Assembly (NCBI GenBank): GCA_964016885.1
Contig: OZ024740.1
Span: 234,484,001 to 234,548,000, forward strand
DNA from: Eledone cirrhosa
Lineage: Eukaryota
DNA: 64,000 bases
Reading direction: 5' to 3'
Made by a program: the position numbers and the translations under genes. How positions within the stretch are numbered: the first letter of the stretch is position 1; each line of letters opens with the position of its first letter. The notes under the pieces were generated by a model that worked only from the letters and a program-made list of their open reading frames with translations, was not told the origin of the DNA and did no database searches. Positions 1 to 12,810 of this stretch are shown piece after piece.

Positions 1-143
1 TCTGTCTTTCTTAGTCTGTCTTTTTAGATAGATACATAACTACAACGTCGCGCCCTTATAATATCTGTCTGTATGTCTGCCTGTCTGCATTACAACATTA
101 TGGCACTATCTATGTCTGTGTGTATATATGTATATATAGTGTG

Positions 144-185
<42 letters not shown>

Positions 186-360
186 TATTTCGTTTCTGAA
201 TTTGTTTAGCAACCGATATTGTTATACTTTGGGAGGGTCATGTTGCCAATAAGAAACACACGCACCAGTTGCTTTCACTTCAATTTATTATAATAAATTT
301 ATAAATTTATAAATTTCTGGTTGGTTGGTTGGTTCCACAACCAGATAGTTGTTTATATAT

Positions 361-405
361 AGTCATAGTTCTTTCGTCACACACTCTGTGACCTCTTCAG
401 TGACT
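361..405 (-). ncRNA. Minimal type I hammerhead ribozyme in the PLE pLTR
   Basis: Reverse complement reads AGTCA CTGAAGA G GTCACA-gagtg-TGTGAC GAAAG-aa-CTA^TGACT (stem I AGTCA/TGACT). Confidence 0.75.
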
Positions 406-605
406 GGGGATTCCTTTCTTTGTTTCTGTGCCTCTCCTTTGTTCTGTCCTACGCCATTTTGTTTCTGTGTGTGTGTTGTGTGCTCAGTCTGCGCATGTGC
501 CACATCCGGGTGTCTGTGTGTGTTTATGTTCATTTATTTATTTGTTTACTTACATGTTACTGGTTGGTTGTTTGTTCTATGTGTGTGTGTGTTTTCATTT
601 TGTCC

Positions 606-2880
606 TTAATTGTAAGTTGTGATGTTGCTGTTCCACTCATATTTTCTATTTAATTTTGGTTGTAATTCTTTTATGTTTATTGCCTCTGTAATTTGTCTAA
701 ACATTGCGTCTTTTCTGTGTGTAGATTCTATTTTTATTTCTATGTTCTCTAATTTACCCTTGTGTTCTATTTTAGCATGTTGGTAGAGTACAGATGATTC
801 TTTACTATCTTGAAGGTCTCGCCAGTGTTCATTTATCCGTTCCCCTACACTACGAGCTGTCTCACCTATGTACACTATATTTTTGTCTCTACATTGTCCT
901 TCAGTACATCTTATGCTATACACTACATTTCTAGTTTTACAGTTAATATGGGGGCTTATTTTACAGGTTATACATTTCTTATCTATACATGAGGGTCTTT
1001 GGAAAGGGTATGTCTTGCTAATAAGTGTTTTTACGGAGGTACCTGGTCTTTCTACTATCTTAATATTGAGTTTATGTTTATTTAGGGCCCTTCTAAATGT
1101 GTAAGCTAATTCACATCTAGGGGTTGTATCGATGAACATTACACTCTGGTATTTATTGCTATCATACCATGAGTTTATTTTATTAGCCTTATTCCTAGTT
1201 CTTTCTATTCTATTCCAAAATTTGCTCCTATACAAGGGGCAGGTCCCATTTATGTCATTATTTACCATTTTTTCCCATTTAGTTCTGGCTCCTCTATACA
1301 CTCTGATTTTATCTATCTGATTGTAGCCAGAGAACTGCATACGGTGGATGAAGTGTTGTATGTGTCTCTCTAGTTCTTCGGGGTTGCACATGCGGGACAC
1401 GTTTCTCATCACCCGTACCAAATCCGCAATCAGTATGTTGATTTTGGTATGGTCCGAAACGGCCGAGTTTCGGTGGATCAGATGTTTGGAAGTCATGGGT
1501 TTGGCATAATGGGAATGGAGGATTTGTTTTTTGTTATTAATGGTATCTAACCAGAGCTCTGTGTCTAGTACAGGTAATCGATGGTTGGGGTGTTTACTTG
1601 GGTAGTCTATAGTAACTCTAATGCTTTGGTGGATGGAGTTAGCTATTTGCTGGATGCTTTCCATTGTGTTTTTCTCTAGTTCCTGACTGTTCTCTAGTGG
1701 GGGTGTCTTAACTACGATGTTTATATCCTCAACGTAGCGGGAGTACATTATCAGGGTTAAGGGGTCTTCTAATTGTTCTTTAAGTTTAAGTTTAAGTTTA
1801 AGTCTACTGTCCCACCATACCATGAATAAGTTATCTATGTCACCTGCAATGCTAACACCAATGGCTGCTCCTTCCTCTTGGGCATATGTTTTTCCATTAA
1901 ATTTGAACATATCTTCCTTAAGGGTTAGTTTTATGCTGGCCCCTACCGCATGTGCAATCATTTTCTTCAGTTCATCGTGGTTTTCGGGTGTCCGTATGGC
2001 TCTGGTCCACCCGTTCCATCTATCTGTGTGGGTTTTCTTGGCCATTGAGGTAATGGTAGGTGGTCTGCCTCTTGCTGGTCTTGTAGGGCACAGGTTGCTA
2101 AGGTCATATGTGTTTAGGTAATTATTACTATAGGTAAGTTTAAGTAGGAGTCCCAGCTCACTGGTATCAATCCCACGGAACTCAACATTGCTCTCACTGA
2201 TCATTTCTACGCATTTCTCTACAGCAAAATCCACGTCAATAGATGGATACAGGGACACAACATCCATACTACCTATTATGCAGTTTGTTAGGTCCCTAGA
2301 TCGGTTACTCACGCCGATTCTGCTGAGGAAGTCCTCCGTGCTGTCACATACATCTGTGGACATTTCAATGATGGGGCGTATGATCAGTGAGAGGAAGTAG
2401 GACAGTCTGTAGTTACTAGCAATGTTAGCTCCACAGACTGGCTGTGTTGGTGGTCCCGCGACAGGGTCACTGCCCGTTTTATGGTCTTTTCGAAGCCCAT
2501 ACAACGCCGGCACGTCATTGTTCCAGGCCTGGAAGTTGTTGGCAGTCCTTTTGTTGGGCTGCATTATATTCGTCCACATCACCATATGGGCATTGAGGGC
2601 TTTTTCTCTATCCTCATGCTCCTGTGGTGTTACCTCTCTTGTGTTAGTGATGTGGGGTTGCATTGCCTGGATGTAGTTTGGCAGGCTGTCAACCGACATT
2701 CTGCCAGACATGTCTGTTGGAAAGCATGCTATCTCTCCATTACGCGAGCGCTGCATGAGCTTACGCAAGCCATTTGCAGATTTTTCTCCCAGTTGCTGGG
2801 CCTCCATTCTATTATGCTTCTTGCTATACTGTTCTATAATATTTCTAAGTTCGGATCTAGCTATACTAAATTGTGCTTCT
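606..2880 (-). pseudogene. PLE reverse transcriptase, Cys-rich linker and GIY-YIG endonuclease (probably inactive)
   Basis: RT motifs YGLRKDHK, GSMDVVSLYPSI, GAAIGVSIAG and RYVEDI (catalytic YVDD changed to YVED). Linker CIDKKCITC..C. Endonuclease NVVYSIRC...VYIGETAR...H...H...RQITEA..I....P.LN. Confidence 0.9.
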
Positions 2881-4277
2881 GCGACGGCAATTGCGTGCGT
2901 TTGTTAAATGGTAGAGTCGTGGCGTGGACTCGTCGCAGGTCGAACGATTTATCGGAGGGATTATAAAACGTAGAGTTCCAGGCTGCTGCTTTATGTGTAC
3001 TAGTGCTATTGTTATTGTTAGTTGTGTTCTTTCTATTTCTATTTCCACCAACAGCCTCATGGTTGTTTCTATGTCTCTCATAATTACTCCTGTCTCTTTC
3101 CACTGGCTCAATGTTGTTATCTACCCTATTTTATGTGTCTGTGTGTTCGTTTTGGTTATTCTCTTTGTCCTTAGTCTCCCTTCTCCTTTTGATCCTATTA
3201 CTTTCCCTTATTTCTGTGATTTCTGTGCTACTGTCATTACTTGTTTTCTGTGTCTGTGTGTTTGTTAAGATTGTGGTGGTGGTGAGAGGCATTGAATGCG
3301 TGTGTGTTGTTGTTGTTGATGTGTGCTGTTGTTGATGTGTGTTGTTGTTGTTGTCTCCGTGTGTGTTATTATTGTTGTGTGTGTTGTTATTGTTGTTTGT
3401 GTCTGTGTGTCTGTTGTTGTTGTTTCTGGGTATGTTATTATTGTTGTTGTTGTTGGTGTGTGTGTTGTTGTTATTGTTGTTTGTGTCTGTGTGTCTGTTG
3501 TTGTTGGGATGTGTGTTGTATATGTGTGTGCGTATATTGTTGCTTTTGTCTTTGTTTTTGTTTTTGAGGCTCCAGCGTAGTTTTGTAAATGATTTTTCTA
3601 TTTCTGACAGACAACTAATCATATTTACCTTCTTGAATGTCGCAAATCGCGGGGGCAGAGATAATACAGATAACTCATCATTATCTAATATTGTGTTGCC
3701 GTATATATTTGTGTTGTTGTTATTGTTGAACTCATCCGTTAATGAGGTGTCGGCCATATTTATACCGTCAATTTTGTCGGGATATCTATTGGTATTCTCT
3801 ATAGTATCCTGATTTAGCTTTATCTGCTTAAGCCACTTTAGTTTCTTGTTAAAGTACTTATCACATTCTTGAGTAATGTACTGTTCTTCAAGACGTATAA
3901 GGCTTATAAATATTAGTTTCTCTCTTGGTGATCCTAGCTATTTCTTGTATTAGGTTACGCTTATGTTTTTCTTGATGACTTAATTCTCTATAGATCTTCT
4001 TTTTTATGTTTAGAATTAGTGTTCGTTTTAGCCTATCTGCTTGTTTTTTGGTGAGTTGTAATCTTCTTACGTCGGTGTTGATGGTGTTGGTGTAAACTCG
4101 GGACAAGGCACATTCTTTTATGAAGTGTAGTTGTCGAGATGTTATGGTTTTTCGTAGACAACAGAACATGGTGGTTTTCAGTATCTTGTTAGCCTGGCTA
4201 AGGCTTACGATATTTCGTTTCTGAATTTGTTTAGCAAGATTCTTTATCTGAAATCGTGTGTTGAAACCGATATTGTT
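2861..4277 (-). pseudogene. Frameshifted N-terminal part of the PLE ORF with an Asn/Thr-rich (AAC)n insert
   Basis: ORF pieces 3888-4277, 3131-3757 (LSVLSLPPRFATF...EIEKSFTKLRW) and 2861-3103 (FYNPSDKSFDL...LPFNKR) lead into the RT frame (AEAQFSIARSELRNII...MEAQQLG). Confidence 0.7.
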
Positions 4278-5131
4278 TCGGACCATACCAAAATCAACAT
4301 ACTGATTGCGGATTTGGTACGGGTGATGAGAAACGTGTCCCGCATGTGCAACCCCGAAGAACTAGAGAGACACGTACAACACTTCATCCACCGTATGCAG
4401 TTCTCTGGTTACAATCAGAGTGATAGAATCAGAGTGTATAGAGGAGCCAGAACCAAATGGGAAAAAATGGTAAATAATGACATAAATGGGACCTGCCCCT
4501 TGTATAGGAGCAAATTTTGGAATAGAATAGAAAGAACTAGGAATAAGGCTAATAGAATAAACTCATGGTATGATAGCAATAAATACCAGAGTGTAATGTT
4601 CATCGATACAACCCCTAGAGGTGAATTAGCTTACAAATTTAGAAGGGCCCTAAATAAACATAAACTCAATATTAAGATAGTAGAAAGACCAGGTACCTCC
4701 GTAAAAAAACACTTATTAGCAAGACATACCCTTTCCAAAGACCCTCATGTATAGATGAGAAATGTATAACCTGTAAAATAAGCCCCCATATTAACTGTAA
4801 AACTAGAAATGTAGTGTATAGCATAAGATGTACTGAAGGACAATGTAGAGACAAAAATATAGTGTACATAGGTGAGACAGCTCGTAGTGTAGGGGAACGG
4901 ATAAATGAACACTGGCGAGACCTTCAAGATAGTAAAGAATCATCTGTACTCTACCAACATGCTAAAATAGAACACAAGGGTAAATTAGAGAACATAGAAA
5001 TAAAAATAGAATCTACACACAGAAAAGACGCAATGTTTAGACAAATTACAGAGGCAATAAACATAAAAGAATTACAACCAAAATTAAATAGAAAATATGA
5101 GTGGAACAGCAACATCACAACTTACAATTAA
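4275..5131 (+). pseudogene. Inverted duplicate of the PLE C-terminus (RT thumb plus GIY-YIG)
   Basis: ORFs 4227-4754 and 4814-5131 are near-identical to the C-terminus of the 606-2807 protein, with a frameshift in the A-run at about 4705. Confidence 0.9.
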
Positions 5132-5331
5132 GGACAAAATGAAAACACACACACACATAGAACAAACAACCAACCAGTAACATGTAAATAAACAAATAAA
5201 TAAATGAACATAAACACACACAGACACCCGGATGTGGCACATGCGCAGACTGAGCACACAACACACACACAGAAACAAAATGGCGTAGGACAGAACAAAG
5301 GAGAGGCACAGAAACAAAGAAAGGAATCCCC

Positions 5332-5376
5332 AGTCACTGAAGAGGTCACAGAGTGTGTGACGAAAGAACTATGACT
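5332..5376 (+). ncRNA. Minimal type I hammerhead ribozyme in the PLE pLTR
   Basis: AGTCA CTGAAGA G GTCACA gagtg TGTGAC GAAAG aa CTA^TGACT. Confidence 0.75.
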
Positions 5377-5513
5377 ATATATAAACAACTATCTGGTTGT
5401 GGAACCAACCAACCAACCAGAAATTTATAAATTTATAAATTTATTATAATAAATTGAAGTGAAAGCAACTGGTGCGTGTGTTTCTTATTGGCAACATGAC
5501 CCTCCCAAAGTAT

Positions 5514-5662
<149 letters not shown>

Positions 5663-5673
5663 CTTGACCGACC

Positions 5674-5931
5674 AGTAAGTATGTCGAAAAACGTTTCACA
5701 CTATATATATTTTTAACGATTGACTTTCGTCAAATCGGACCGAGGAAACAATGTTTCCATTGGTCTTTCCAATTGCTAATACTATCTATCGGTCGCAACT
5801 CCAGGTAGAAGGAGCAACGTGAAATAAAATGTCTTGCTCAAGGACATAACGCATCACCCGGTCTGGGAATCGATCTCACAACCTCAAGATTACGAATCCA
5901 GTTCTCTAACCACTCAGCCACACGCCTTCAC

Positions 5932-5997
<66 letters not shown>

Positions 5998-6248
5998 CAC
6001 ACACACTCACACACAGTGTTAAGGCGTGTGGCTGAGTGGTTTGAGAACTGGATTCCCAGACCGGGTGATGCGTTATGTCCTTGAGCAAGACATTTTATTT
6101 CACGTTGCTCCTTCTACCTGGAGTTGCGACCGATAGATAGTATTAACAATTGGAAAGACCAATGGAAACATTGTTTCCTCGGACCGATTTGACGAAAGTC
6201 AATCGTTAAAAATATATATAGTGTGCAACGTTTTTCGAAATATTTACT
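5674..6248. repeat. Inverted duplication containing a tRNA-headed, CORE-like SINE in each arm, around (GT)n
   Basis: Arms about 5674-5937 and 6010-6248. Head ggcgtgtggctgagtggttagag..., CORE-like gtccttgagcaagaca. Confidence 0.7.
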
Positions 6249-6273
6249 TCTGGGCTCACAGATCGATTTTTTT

Positions 6274-6324
6274 AGTTTCAGAAGATCCCGTTAAGGGTGA
6301 AAGCAGTGATTCTTCGCTTAAACT
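6274..6324 (+). ncRNA. Hammerhead-like motif with variant core CAGAAGA
   Basis: AGTTT CAGAAGA t CCC gttaa GGG t GAAAGC ... GCTT^AAACT. A second copy is at 54501-54551. Confidence 0.55.
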
Positions 6325-6335
6325 TTAATCTGTTA

Positions 6336-6404
<69 letters not shown>

Positions 6405-6408
<4 letters not shown>

Positions 6409-8517
6409 GTGTGTATGTATGTATGTATACGTACATACATATATGTATACAGACGTACAGTAGTATGTATATATATACATACATGCGCACATATATATAT
6501 GCTCGTATCGGTTTACCAAACATTTATTATAATGCTCGGTTTGTTTGTTTGTAAACAAACAAACAGCCCGAATTACGCCGTACAGTGTTTAGGCAACCAC
6601 GTCACCTTTTTGTTCATATATACATACTACTGTACGTCTGTATACATATATGTATGTACGTATACATACATACTTACATTTAAGTAAGTGCGGTACTAAG
6701 GGTGAGAAATGAAATTTCGTTTCATTCTATTCCATTTATCATTTTCGGTGTGCCTGGCCGACTGAACTCACTCGATATGCAAATTAGACTGCTCAGCCGT
6801 TAATATGCATAAGGAAAGTATATACTTTCAGACGTTCAACCATCTGGCAGGAAGGTATAGGATGCTGACGATAGCTAATAAGCTTGAAACTAGTACATCG
6901 TTCCTGTGTCAGTGTTGAACAAAAAGGTGACGTGGTTGCCTAAACACTGTACGGCGTAATTCGGGCTGTTTATTTGTTTACAAACAAACAAACCGAGCAT
7001 TATAATAAATGTTCGGTAAACCGATACGTGCATATATATATATATGTGTGCATGTATGTATATATATACATACTACTGTACGTCTGTATACATATCTGTA
7101 TGTACGTATACATACATACTTACATTTAAGTAAGTATCGTACTAAGAGTGAGAAATGAAATTTCGTTTCATTCTATTCCATTTATCGTTTTCGGTGTGCC
7201 CGGCCGACTGAACTCACTCGATATGCAAATTAGGCTGCTCAGCCGTTAATATGCATAAGGAAAGTATATACTTTCAGACGTTCAACCATCTGGCAGGAAG
7301 GTGTACGATGCTGACGATAGCTAATAAGCTTGAAACTAGTACATCGTTCCTGTGTCAGTGTTGAACAAAAAGGTGACGTGGTTGCCTAAACACTGTACGG
7401 CGTAATTCGGGCTGTTTGTTTGTTTACAAACAAACAAACCGAGCATTATAATAAATGTTCGGTAAACCGATACGTGCATATATATATATGTGTGCATGTA
7501 TGTATATATATACATACTACTGTACGTCTGTATACATATTTGTATGTACGTATACATACATACTTACATTTAAGTAAGTGCCGTACTAAGAGTGAGAAAT
7601 GAAATTTCGTTTCATTCTATTCCATTTATCGTTTTCGGTATGCCCGGCCGACTGAACTCACTCGATATGCAAATTAAGCTGCTCAGCCGTTAATATGCAT
7701 AAGGAAAGTATATACTTTCAGACGTTCAACCATCTGGCAAGAAGGTGTACTATGCTGACGATAGCTAATAAGCTTGAAACTTGTACATCGTTCCTGTGTC
7801 AGTGTTGAACAAAAAGGTGACGTGGTTGCTTAAACACTGTACGGCGTAATTCGGGCTGTTTGTTTGTTTACAAACAAACAAACCGAGCATTATAATAAAT
7901 GTTCGGTAAACCGATACGTGCATATATATATATGTGTACATGTATGTATATATATACATACTACTGTACGTCTGTATACATATATGTATGTACGTATACC
8001 TACATACATACTTACATTTAAGTAAGTGCCGTACTAAAAGTGAGAAATGAAATTTCGTTTCATTCTATTCCATTTATCGTTTTTGGTGCGCTCGGCCGAC
8101 TGAACTCACTCGATATGCAAATTAGGCTGCTCAGCCGTTAATATGCATAAGGAAAGTATATACTTTCAGACGTTCAACCATCTGGCAGGAAGGTATACGA
8201 TGCTGACGATAGCTAATAAGCTTGAAACTAGTCCATCATTCCTGTGTCAGTGTTGAACAAAAAGGTGACGTGGTTGCGTAAACACTGTACGGCGTAATTC
8301 GGGCTGTTTGTTTGTTTACAAACAAACAAACCGAGCATTATAATAAATGTTCGGTAAACCGATACGTGCATATATATATATGTGTGCATGTATGTATATA
8401 TATATACATACTACTGTATACATATATGTATGTACGTATACATACATACATACTTACATTTAAGTAAGTGCCGCACTAAGAGTGAGAAATGAAATTTCGT
8501 TTCATTCTATTCTATTT
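6405..8517 (+). mobile_element. Retrozyme-like tandem array (about 445-bp unit, about 4.3 copies) with an inverted 5' segment
   Basis: HHR cores CTGACGA at 6865, 7311, 7755 and 8203. 6405-6614 is the reverse complement of part of the unit. Both flanks are (TA)n. Confidence 0.85.
7305..7347 (+). ncRNA. Type I HHR, representative of the 445-bp unit
   Basis: ACGATG CTGACGA t AGCT aata AGCT t GAAAC ta GTA^CATCGT, with palindromic ACTAGT in stem III. Confidence 0.85.
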
Positions 8518-8519
8518 AT

Positions 8520-8828
8520 ATATATATATATAATTATATATTCGGGTGGGTACAGATATTTTTGCATACAAAATAACAAAATATAATCAAACGTATTTAT
8601 TTCACGAGGCTCGACAACAGCAAAAACAACAATAAAAAAGCGAGGGAACGCAATTACATGCTTTTGAAAAATCTTAATGGAAAATTATTTGCCTATTCAC
8701 CCAAGGCGAGTTCACTTTTTATTAGGACTTCTGCATCAATTGGTCAACATACGACGAAACTGTTTCAGAAAGGAGGGATAAACATGCCAATCTATTTTTA
8801 GAATCCCGAATAACGCATTCTGCTAGTT
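8520..8828 (+). mobile_element. Non-autonomous Helitron/Helentron-like element
   Basis: Shares its 5' part (acagatatttttgcatac...cacgaggctcga) and the 3' end cattctgctagt with 57055-57217. Confidence 0.45.
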
Positions 8829-8967
8829 AATAATAAAACAAAAATTCTGAAATTTTCTCGAACTATCTCCCCACTCATTCTTTTACACTAGTTATGACCC
8901 GATTTAGTCTACTATTGATTTCACGGGTTTTACTACTTCTTTACCTAGAGCTGTTTATTAATTACTT

Positions 8968-9143
8968 TTGGCAGTATCGGTAGAGGGTTGGACGCCATGC
9001 TTTCTAGCATAGTTACGTCCCTTTACGGTTTGAGTTCAAATCCCGCTGAGGTTAACTTTGCCTTTCATCCTTACGGGGTCGATAAAATAAAGTACCAGTG
9101 ATGCACTGGGTAATTGCTGGCCTTGTGCCTAAAGTAGAAACAA
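8968..9143 (+). mobile_element. tRNA-derived SINE (Meta-like central domain)
   Basis: tggcagtatcggtagag...gagttcaaatccc, central gcctttcatccttacggggtcgataaaataaagtaccag, probable TSD attaattactt. Confidence 0.8.
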
Positions 9144-9380
9144 TTAATTACTTATTAATATACTTCTACTTGGAACTGTTATAGATCAACTACTCTCCGC
9201 TTTTAATTTTCACTTATCAACCTCTCTACTAATATTTCTAAATACATACTTGTCTACAAATCTTACCTCCCTGGATTTACCTTGGATTTATTTGAGCTGC
9301 TTGATTAATATTCACAACAACACACTGAGGTTCCCAGCATCTTGTTTTGTCAAAACTAGGTGGATATCTCCATTTATAAA

Positions 9381-9416
<36 letters not shown>

Positions 9417-9421
<5 letters not shown>

Positions 9422-9956
9422 ATACTTTGGGAGGGTCATGTTGCCAATAATTAAATAGAAAATATAAGTGGAACAGCAACATCACAACTTACAATTAAGG
9501 ACAAAATGAAAACACACACACACACACACATAGAGCAAACAACCAACCAGTAACATGTAAATAAACAAATAAATAAATGAACATAAACACACACAGACAC
9601 CCGGATGTGGCGCATGCGCAGACTGAGCACACAACACACACACAGAAACAAAATGGCGTAGGACAGAACAAAGGAGAGGCACAGAAACAAAGAAAGGAAT
9701 CCCCAGTCACTGAAGAGGTCACAGAGTGTGTGACGAAAGAACTATGACTATATATAAACAACTATCTGGTTGTGGAACCAACCAACCAACCAGAAATTTA
9801 TAAATTTATAAATTTATAAATTTATTATAATAAATTGAAGTGAAAGCAACTGGTGCGTGTGTTTCTTATTGGCAACATGACCCTCCCAAAGTATAACAAT
9901 ATCGGTTTCAACACACGATTTCAGATAAAGAATCTTGCTAAACAAATTCAGAAACG

Positions 9957-9962
<6 letters not shown>
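9417..9962 (+). mobile_element. Truncated copy of the PLE pLTR family with a short inverted 5' piece; HHR at 9705-9749
   Basis: Near-identical to 5084-5519 plus the ORF-start tail ending cgaaat|atat. 9417-9450 is inverted. Flanks are (TA)n. Confidence 0.88.
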
Positions 9963-9989
<27 letters not shown>

Positions 9990-9992
<3 letters not shown>

Positions 9993-10224
9993 GTTTTGAA
10001 TTTGTTTTGAGAGATTTTTGTTATAAACATGTGTTGAAACAGATATTGTTATACTTTGGGAGGCTCAGGTTGCCAATAAAAACACACACAAAATGTGTGA
10101 CGAAAGAGCTTTGACAATATATAAACAACCTTCCGGTTATCTAACCAACCAACCAACCGAAAACTTATAATAAATTGAAGTGGAAAAACCAAAAGGTGCG
10201 TGTGTTTTTATTGGCAACAGGACC
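9990..10224. mobile_element. Diverged PLE pLTR subfamily foldback remnant
   Basis: Inverted arms ttgttatactttgggagg/ccctcccaaagtataacaat. HHR 3' half tgtgacGAAAGagCTT^tgac. Confidence 0.75.
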
Positions 10225-10274
10225 CTCCCAAAGTATAACAATATTTATATATATATATATGTATATATATATAC

Positions 10275-10355
<81 letters not shown>

Positions 10356-10421
10356 CTTGTCTATTTGTGTTTCAGTTTCTGTATACGCGTATGTGTATTT
10401 AAACACACACACACGCACACT

Positions 10422-10458
<37 letters not shown>

Positions 10459-10641
10459 GATATTAACAAATGGAAACTATATTTATAAAACCATATTTAT
10501 TTCATTATACATATTTCAAGGACACCAAGTTAAATTATGGTGTGCTTTCATCAGACAAAATATAATATAGATCAGTTTTATAAATAAATATTGACATACC
10601 CTTAAAAAATGCAACCATTACTGTTGGAAGCTCCCGGATAG

Positions 10642-10697
<56 letters not shown>

Positions 10698-10845
10698 CTA
10701 TATTATATTTTGTCTGATGAAAGCACACCATAATTTAACAGACCAGAAGTGTGGGGAGGGGGCACATTTTTCTTCACCAGTTGTCTGCTGGGGGTCTTGG
10801 ACATTTCAACGCATTCATGTATATATGAATGTATGTATGTATGTA

Positions 10846-11342
10846 ACCCAGTACAACCTGTCGCATGGTCGGGTCGTCGGTGACTAAACCGGCAACCCCA
10901 CCAAGTTTACTTGGTGAGGAGGGTGATGTTCGACACCCTGCAGGACAAAAAACAAAACCTGACAAAGGGTGAAGAACTCATGAGTCAACGGCCATCCGAA
11001 AGTGTGTAAATATGTATATACATGTGGAGCGCGTGGTTAAACCACTGGGAGTGATGGACCCCTACCCTTTGTCAGGGCATTCTTCTAGGAGAAGGCAACT
11101 CAGGAAACTGGGATAACTCCGATATAAAACCTGCGGCTCAGTAGTTAGCGATGATGTCGATCTTTTCTTCTTTTCGGGTTATAGCTACTGTCGCTCAGAG
11201 AGTGGGATTGGCTCAGTGCAGTTTTCCTCACTTTAAAAAATATCTTCAATCACAGGCATTGCACGATAGAATTAATTAATAATTATTAATAATGGTATAT
11301 CGTGCAATGGCCATACTCGATAACGAGGGGGCAGCCATCATC
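10846..11342 (+). mobile_element. Non-coding interspersed element, diverged relative of the 44933-47317 family (RTE-5'UTR-like)
   Basis: Shared cccagtacaacctgtc..catggtcgggtcg head, ctaggagaagg.aactc motif and ggcc.tactcga.aacgag..ggcagcca end. Confidence 0.6.
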
Positions 11343-11539
11343 ATGTATGTATGTATAAAGATGACAGGCAGACTAAGCAACACACAAAGAAATAACTATA
11401 ATGATATTCGTTAATTAGAAACCTTGCCAAGCTATCTCATTATATGTACTCTGTTATCTTGTGTTGGAACCCCACTCAGTTCGATTATCTCTTTCATGTC
11501 ACCACTATCAATGTATATATATATATATGTATAAAGCCA

Positions 11540-11822
11540 TAAGTCCTCGTGGAGTCGTAGGGGCGCCACAACGACATACAGCAGGCATCTTAAACCTGGC
11601 GGAACCCATCTACTTTCCAAGTCAAAACACAGCTGATTTCTTCCAGGGAGAGAGAGCGAAGAAGAATGGACCACAGTACTGGACTGGTACTTTTTTGTCG
11701 ACGTCGAACAGATAAAAGACAAAGGTGACTGCAGCAGGATTTGAACTCAAAACACAAAAAAAAACGGAACGAACACCATATAGTTTTGTATCCGCCGTTC
11801 TAAGGACTCTGCCACTTCGCTG
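11540..11822 (-). mobile_element. Long-form SINE, degenerate
   Basis: cagtactggactggtacttt...gatttgaactc, similar to 63780-63985 and 16680-16991. Confidence 0.55.
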
Positions 11823-12629
11823 TGTCCGTCATCAATAAATTATTCTATATACAAGTAATTCGTTTAAGTAACTCTACTAGCCACCCCATTAGAAGATCTC
11901 GTGTGCTCAAAAGGAATTAATTAATTAGATATGGAAGCAAATAGTTGGATTAATTGTGTATTACGACTACCTTTGTACTTGGTTTGAGTTCAAACCACAC
12001 TTTTATTTTTCCTCACTCCATCGTGAATATATTTAGTACGAACAATATACTAATGAAGTGGCAGAGAAGCTAGAACTCCAGTAAAATACTTTGTGGTAAT
12101 TATTTCGGCCCTCTGCGCTCTGAATTCAACTTGGCTTTTCATCTTTCTGCTGTCTATAAATAAAAGATGGTTACTTTGTAAAATTAAAAACCCACAGCTT
12201 CCCCAGACTTTTACCAACATAACCAAATGCGCCGGTGATTATGAAAATCTGTGTAGAGTAGTTGTAAGTTCCTAAGCAATTATCAATAGATGTTCTATTT
12301 CTAACTGATTTTTATTGAAAGGGTCATATCCATTGACAGCTTGTCTTGAAAATAGAACATAATGTTTGTTTTCAGACTTAAACAACTATATCAGACTTGT
12401 GTTTGCATTTAGTGAGAGTTTTGAAGGGAATGTCCCATCAATATTTTCAGTTATTCCTGGGCAGTCCTTCCTATAGATGGTACAATATAAGGTTATAGCA
12501 TCAACGTCATACTGCATATGTAGGCAGCACGTTAATGACATTTCAAATAGGTGCTGGTCATGTGTAATGCCTTATACAAATATGTAACAGAATTAACATC
12601 TTTTGCATTTTAAGGACTTAAAGGCTTCA

Positions 12630-12810
12630 TAATTGTTTCTACTTTTGGCACAAGGCCAGCAATTACCCAGTACATTACTGGTACTTTATTTTATCGACCC
12701 CGTAAGGATGAAAGGCAAAGTTAACCTCGGCGGAATTTGAACTCAGAATGGCAAGGGCCGTAACTCTATGCGTCAAAGCATGGCGTCCGACCCTCTACCT
12801 ATACTGCCAA
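12630..12810 (-). mobile_element. tRNA-derived SINE
   Basis: Reverse complement of the 8968/57457 family. Confidence 0.8.
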
